A stretch of DNA of 64,000 bases, from contig CAYMEV010000009.1 of NCBI GenBank assembly GCA_964389675.1, forward strand, positions 1 through 64,000. The letters run 5' to 3'. The notes beneath the pieces are model-generated. The model was not told where the DNA came from and did no database searches. It saw nothing but the letters and a program-made list of their open reading frames with translations. Both the position numbers and the translations under genes were made by a program. Source of the DNA: an uncultured Candidatus Sumerlaeota bacterium (GTDB lineage Bacteria; CAYMEV01). The first letter of the stretch is position 1, and each line of letters begins with the position of its first letter. Of this stretch, positions 59,650-64,000 are shown one piece after another.

Positions 59650-60567
59650 TTATGCTTTTCTTCTCCCGCTCAGGCTTTTATAGAAGCTCAATACATCATA
59701 CCAGTTGAAAAGTTTCAGGTTGCCGACCCTCTTGGAAGCAATAAACTTCTTATTTCGCAGTTGTCTTATGGTTGATTCTGATTTAATGATACCATAATCA
59801 GATAATCTTTTTATGATTTCCTTTATTGAAATGAATTCAACCTTTTCAGTTTCGTTACCGGCCTGGGGAACTTCAATACCGATGCTGTCATCTTCAGCAG
59901 GCTTATCCTCTTTTAGTACAGTATTTTCCGTATCGCCGGGATAATCAGGGAGATTGTAGTAATATGCAAGGCTCGGCCAGTAATACATATTTATTCTGTT
60001 ATCCTTCAAAGCATAGATCTTTTTTTTGCTTTTTAAGTCCCTCAGCCTGACCTCTGAAAGCCTTATTCCGTACTTTTTTAGCTTTTCAACTGTTTCAGAA
60101 GCAGAATAAAGCAAGGCAGGGTCAATATTATTTTCATATACGGAAAGATCGACTGCAGGGTATTTTACAGGCCTGCCAACCTGTTTTGCCGTATCACTTT
60201 CTTCATTTTTAGCAGGTTCGCTTACCTTCGGGATGTCATCTATTTCTATTCTCTGTCCTGAGCCTTCATCAAGCTTTATCTTTTGAGGCTCATTCAGGAT
60301 CTTCTCAATAATTTCAATAAGCCTGAAAATCATTTTATCCTTTTCCCTGATCTGCATTTTCAGGTTCTCGATAAAATCATTTAATTCAGGGCCGGGCTCT
60401 GTTTCGGCGGGTTTTGAGATATAATTTTTAAGAGTATCAAAATCCTCTTTTGTAATGAATCTCTCTCCCTCGCTTTCAAATACCCTGATGCTGAGTTTTG
60501 AGATAATTGATGAAATAAAGGGATAGGAAAGGTCAAAATCCTTAATAATACTGTCAATCCTAATCAT
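59650..60567 (-). CDS. Hypothetical DNA-binding protein with repeated MerR/excisionase-like HTH modules
   Basis: Two similar segments (YSASETVEKLKKYGIRLSEVRLRDL...YYW and ISIKEIIKRLSDYGIIKSESTIRQL...FNW) and a central coiled coil; AGGAGG RBS. Confidence 0.6.
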   Translation of the reverse strand: MIRIDSIIKDFDLSYPFISSIISKLSIRVFESEGERFITKEDFDTLKNYISKPAETEPGPELNDFIENLKMQIREKDKMIFRLIEIIEKILNEPQKIKLDEGSGQRIEIDDIPKVSEPAKNEESDTAKQVGRPVKYPAVDLSVYENNIDPALLYSASETVEKLKKYGIRLSEVRLRDLKSKKKIYALKDNRINMYYWPSLAYYYNLPDYPGDTENTVLKEDKPAEDDSIGIEVPQAGNETEKVEFISIKEIIKRLSDYGIIKSESTIRQLRNKKFIASKRVGNLKLFNWYDVLSFYKSLSGRRKA

Positions 60568-60695
60568 TTTGCACCTCCTGTATGATGCATTAAATTATAC
60601 TGTATACTTAAATTTTTATACACCAATATGCATTATTAAACAAATAGTATATATATTTTGTTTGAATTAAGCAATACCAAATAATGATCCGTTTA

Positions 60696-63600
60696 TTATA
60701 AAAATGATGAGAGCATTCTTGAATATTCTTTGCCTGATTTTATCTGCTCTGCCTCTTTTATCCTCTGCTGTTTAAGCCTGGTAAAATAATCCGATAATAT
60801 CTGGTATTCTCTTTTATCATCCTTATACTCAAGCACTTTAAGGGCAACTGCGAGATAATGCTCGGACCTTTGATACGTATAGAGAGATTCCCAGTATTTT
60901 TTCATCTGCAGCAGAATATTATATGCACTTTCATAGTCTTTTAACAGAAAAAGTGTCAAAAGCTGCTCTCCCAATATTGTGTACCTGTACAGCCTGCTAA
61001 AGATGCTCTTGACCTTCTTCTCAGCAAGGTTCAGCATTCTCATGGAGCAGTGATAAGATTTAATATCACCAAAACTTCTATAATAAGCAGATCTTGCTAT
61101 AAGTATCTTGTACCGGTAAAATTTTGATTCAGCTACCCAGTATATGCTGTAAAGGGCCTTGAATAGACTGTTTGCACTGGCATAGTCCCCAAGAGCTGAA
61201 TATAGCTGTATTCCCACACAAAGATTGCTGAAGAGGGCTCCTGCAGCTTTAACCCTTTTAGCGTTTCTAATACCCGATTTAAGGTATTTTTCAGCCTTTT
61301 TGTAGCATCCTATATTAAGGTAGAAATTTGCCATATTATACTGCAGAATTGATAACCCGTACTTGTTGTCAATCTCTGAGAATATGCTGAATGCCCGGTT
61401 AATCTCATTCAATCCGGTATTAAGCTTTCCTTTGGTAGTAAAATACAAAAAAAGAAGGTGAAAATTCCAGGCTTTTCCTTCGTAGTAATTTGTCCTTTTG
61501 TTGAATACCGCGTTATCCTTGATATACTTTCTTGAAAGGCTAAGGTTCCCTATTTCAAAGTATGCCCTGGCAAGGTAGTACATTACCCTTGAATCCGAGA
61601 ATGCCTTATTTTTGCCCTTTATAAGGCCCAAAAGCCTGTTCGCATAAAATATTGTTTCCTTGTAATGTCCGTTAAAAAGGCTGCTGTCGCATAATCCTTC
61701 CAGTATGAGGATACGGTAGTTAATGCTGTCAGGCATCTGCACCTGAAGGCCGCTGAAAATCCTGACAGCCTTGTTTGCATGGCCTATCCTGTTTAGCAGC
61801 CTTGCCTTGAGTATGCTTGCTTCAATGTATAAATCATAACTGCTTTCTCTAAGTGCTCTCAGGTCAAGCTGTTCCAGAAGCTTGAGCCCCTTCAGGTATT
61901 CGCCTTTATTATTGTAATAGTAGCCTTTAATCAGATTTATCTTATAATACTGTATATTATCATTCAGGTTAATGTAGATGTTTTTCAGCCTGTCTATTTC
62001 AAGCTTTCCCTCCTGCAATTGTCCCTTAAAAAGCATTATGAATGCATCTTCATAATACAGGTCAAAAAGCAGCTCTGAATTATTGTCCATATTTTCCAGA
62101 AGCAGCTTTCCCCTGCTTATATAGTATTGGGCATCATTATAGTTGTAAGCCTTTTTAAGGTCGCTGACTATCTCAAGGATCATCTGTACAGATTCCCTGA
62201 TATGCAGTGATTTTTCCAGATGCTTGGATGCAAGGATCTTAAGCCTGAGAGGATTGTACATCCTTTTTGAATCCTCAGCCATATTCATGATATATTTGCT
62301 TGCAAGATGGTGAAGCCTGATCTTATCCTCCTCAAGAAGCCCGAAATAAATTATATCCTTATAAAGCATATTCTTGAATATGTATATGTCAGGCGGCTGA
62401 TAGAGATAAATAAATCCATATGTCGTCAGAATCTCAATAATATGGAATATGAAATCCTGGCTAAAATATTCTCCCAGTACATAATCAAGGAAATTAAGAG
62501 GGAACCTTCCCCCGTAAACAGATGCAACCTGCAGAATCTTAAGCTGTGTGGGGTCAAGCTTCAGTATCCTGCTTTCTATTATAGCCTTTACATTGTTTGA
62601 TATAAGGAGGGATGGGTTTTTCAGAATATCCGGTACTGAGATCCCTTTTTTCAGGTCTTCAATCACAAGGGCGACTATTTCAGTTGTAAAAAGGTGGTTT
62701 CCCTGGGTTATCTGAAAGACCTTCTTGTTCAGGCTGTTAATATCGCCGGTACTGACAGCAAATTCAGAGAGTTTGTTCTTTATGTAATTTTTGATATCCT
62801 TCTGTTTTAGCGGGCTGAAGCTGATCTCATAAACACGGCCTGAATTCTTAAAGCTGTAAAGAGAAGTTTTAAGATCCTCTGCAATGGTTTTAAAGCTGAG
62901 CATAAACATCAGGGGGATACCCTGTAGGACGATATCTCTGATAACTTCAAAGGATTTGTGATTGATGAACTCAATATCCTCAAATATAATGCATATAGGT
63001 CTTTTATATGACAGATAACGGATATATTTTATGATAAAGTCCCTGAATATGGATGTGATATCCTTGGGTTTTTCACTGTGATAACCGAAGATATATGTCA
63101 ATGTATCAAATAGCTCCTGTGAATATAGCCTTATTGATGAAAGATACTTCTTCAGGTTCTGGATCTGTAAATCATTTTCAGGGTTTGTATCCACACTAAG
63201 AAGGGCTTTAAGGGGATCAAGCCAGACATAGAAGGGAATATCCTGCGTGAATGAGGAGCAGGTGTTGATCAGGCAGAGATACCCATTCTTCTGCAATATA
63301 CGTTTTGCATAAAGAATATAAGGCGTCTTTCCGCTTCCTGTACCACCATGCACTGTTACAATATCTGCTTTTTCACCGGTCCTTGAGCTGCTGAGCTGGC
63401 TGATGAATGAAAGTTCAGCCTCCCTGTCAATAAGCTCCATGCTTATTTCTTCGAAAGGCTTTTTGGACAGAAGCTCGTAGAGCTTCTCATCCTTTATGGT
63501 ATCCAAGCCGCGATAATTGAAAAGGTCTTTTGAAAGGTTATATATGGACGAATCAACCAGTATTGATGCCTTCTTAAGAGATGAATAGTGAATTGCTCTA

Positions 63601-64000
63601 GATATGCTGTCCAGAGCTATTGACCAGTCAAGCCTGCCCTCCGTGGTCAGCGGTATTCTCTGCATATTGATACCTAATTCAAAATTATCATCAATAACTG
63701 CAAGTACACTTCTTAAATACAGGGCACAGTCAAGGCCCCTCGAAATAATGTCCGCATACACATCAGCAGATCCGATGTTTATAATGTACACATCATCCCT
63801 GAACTGCTCCATATCGGCTTTATACTGCTCCAGCCCGCTTTCAAATACAGCTCTTGCAGCTGAAGTCTTAAGGAAAATTGTAACAATTGTCCTCCATTGA
63901 ACTACAAGATGCGGGCTTTCCCTGGGGGCTATAAGGTTCTTAATATCAGGCTGGCTTGCTTTTATCAAAAAAAGGAGCATGTCATCATTAAGATCGGAGC
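60696..64000 (-). CDS. Degenerate class III cyclase + AAA ATPase + TPR protein (probably 5'-partial)
   Basis: LIDREAEL, GGTGSGKT Walker A, IFEDI Walker B, TQGNHLF, LQVASVYG, then TPRs. The frame stays open upstream of ATG 63980 to the window edge. Confidence 0.75.
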   Translation of the reverse strand, partial: SDLNDDMLLFLIKASQPDIKNLIAPRESPHLVVQWRTIVTIFLKTSAARAVFESGLEQYKADMEQFRDDVYIINIGSADVYADIISRGLDCALYLRSVLAVIDDNFELGINMQRIPLTTEGRLDWSIALDSISRAIHYSSLKKASILVDSSIYNLSKDLFNYRGLDTIKDEKLYELLSKKPFEEISMELIDREAELSFISQLSSSRTGEKADIVTVHGGTGSGKTPYILYAKRILQKNGYLCLINTCSSFTQDIPFYVWLDPLKALLSVDTNPENDLQIQNLKKYLSSIRLYSQELFDTLTYIFGYHSEKPKDITSIFRDFIIKYIRYLSYKRPICIIFEDIEFINHKSFEVIRDIVLQGIPLMFMLSFKTIAEDLKTSLYSFKNSGRVYEISFSPLKQKDIKNYIKNKLSEFAVSTGDINSLNKKVFQITQGNHLFTTEIVALVIEDLKKGISVPDILKNPSLLISNNVKAIIESRILKLDPTQLKILQVASVYGGRFPLNFLDYVLGEYFSQDFIFHIIEILTTYGFIYLYQPPDIYIFKNMLYKDIIYFGLLEEDKIRLHHLASKYIMNMAEDSKRMYNPLRLKILASKHLEKSLHIRESVQMILEIVSDLKKAYNYNDAQYYISRGKLLLENMDNNSELLFDLYYEDAFIMLFKGQLQEGKLEIDRLKNIYINLNDNIQYYKINLIKGYYYNNKGEYLKGLKLLEQLDLRALRESSYDLYIEASILKARLLNRIGHANKAVRIFSGLQVQMPDSINYRILILEGLCDSSLFNGHYKETIFYANRLLGLIKGKNKAFSDSRVMYYLARAYFEIGNLSLSRKYIKDNAVFNKRTNYYEGKAWNFHLLFLYFTTKGKLNTGLNEINRAFSIFSEIDNKYGLSILQYNMANFYLNIGCYKKAEKYLKSGIRNAKRVKAAGALFSNLCVGIQLYSALGDYASANSLFKALYSIYWVAESKFYRYKILIARSAYYRSFGDIKSYHCSMRMLNLAEKKVKSIFSRLYRYTILGEQLLTLFLLKDYESAYNILLQMKKYWESLYTYQRSEHYLAVALKVLEYKDDKREYQILSDYFTRLKQQRIKEAEQIKSGKEYSRMLSSFL

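Noticed and set aside
1-64000. tRNA/rRNA genes, IS elements, prophage
   Set aside because: No cloverleaf or rRNA-like stretches in the short intergenic regions, and no transposase, integrase or phage structural ORFs recognised.

Overview
Chromosomal segment of an AT-rich, probably anaerobic diderm bacterium (outer-membrane beta-barrel, lipoproteins, Rnf complex). Housekeeping content: rsmB(3' end)-PASTA-rpe-purH, an rseC-rnfBCDGEA operon preceded in the same transcription unit by a polytopic membrane protein and a YcaO-TPR fusion, U32/rdgB/TrmH/RluA enzymes, gcvT-H-PA-PB, and a stand-alone EF-G paralog. Accessory content: a phosphodiesterase / RHH / EMC3-like membrane protein / APS-kinase operon, several secreted modular proteins (DUF5648, DUF1566, DUF4384+DUF6600-like, DUF4139, subtilase with three P-domains), and a complete type I-E CRISPR-Cas locus with 47 repeats and a 100-N assembly gap. 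The strongest unexplained signal is the 3' end of the DUF5648-2xDUF1566 gene. It looks like a diversity-generating retroelement (DGR) variable region followed by a GC hairpin, but I found no reverse transcriptase or template repeat in the window, so it is a candidate remote DGR target. All family assignments come from motif recognition by eye, not database searches.
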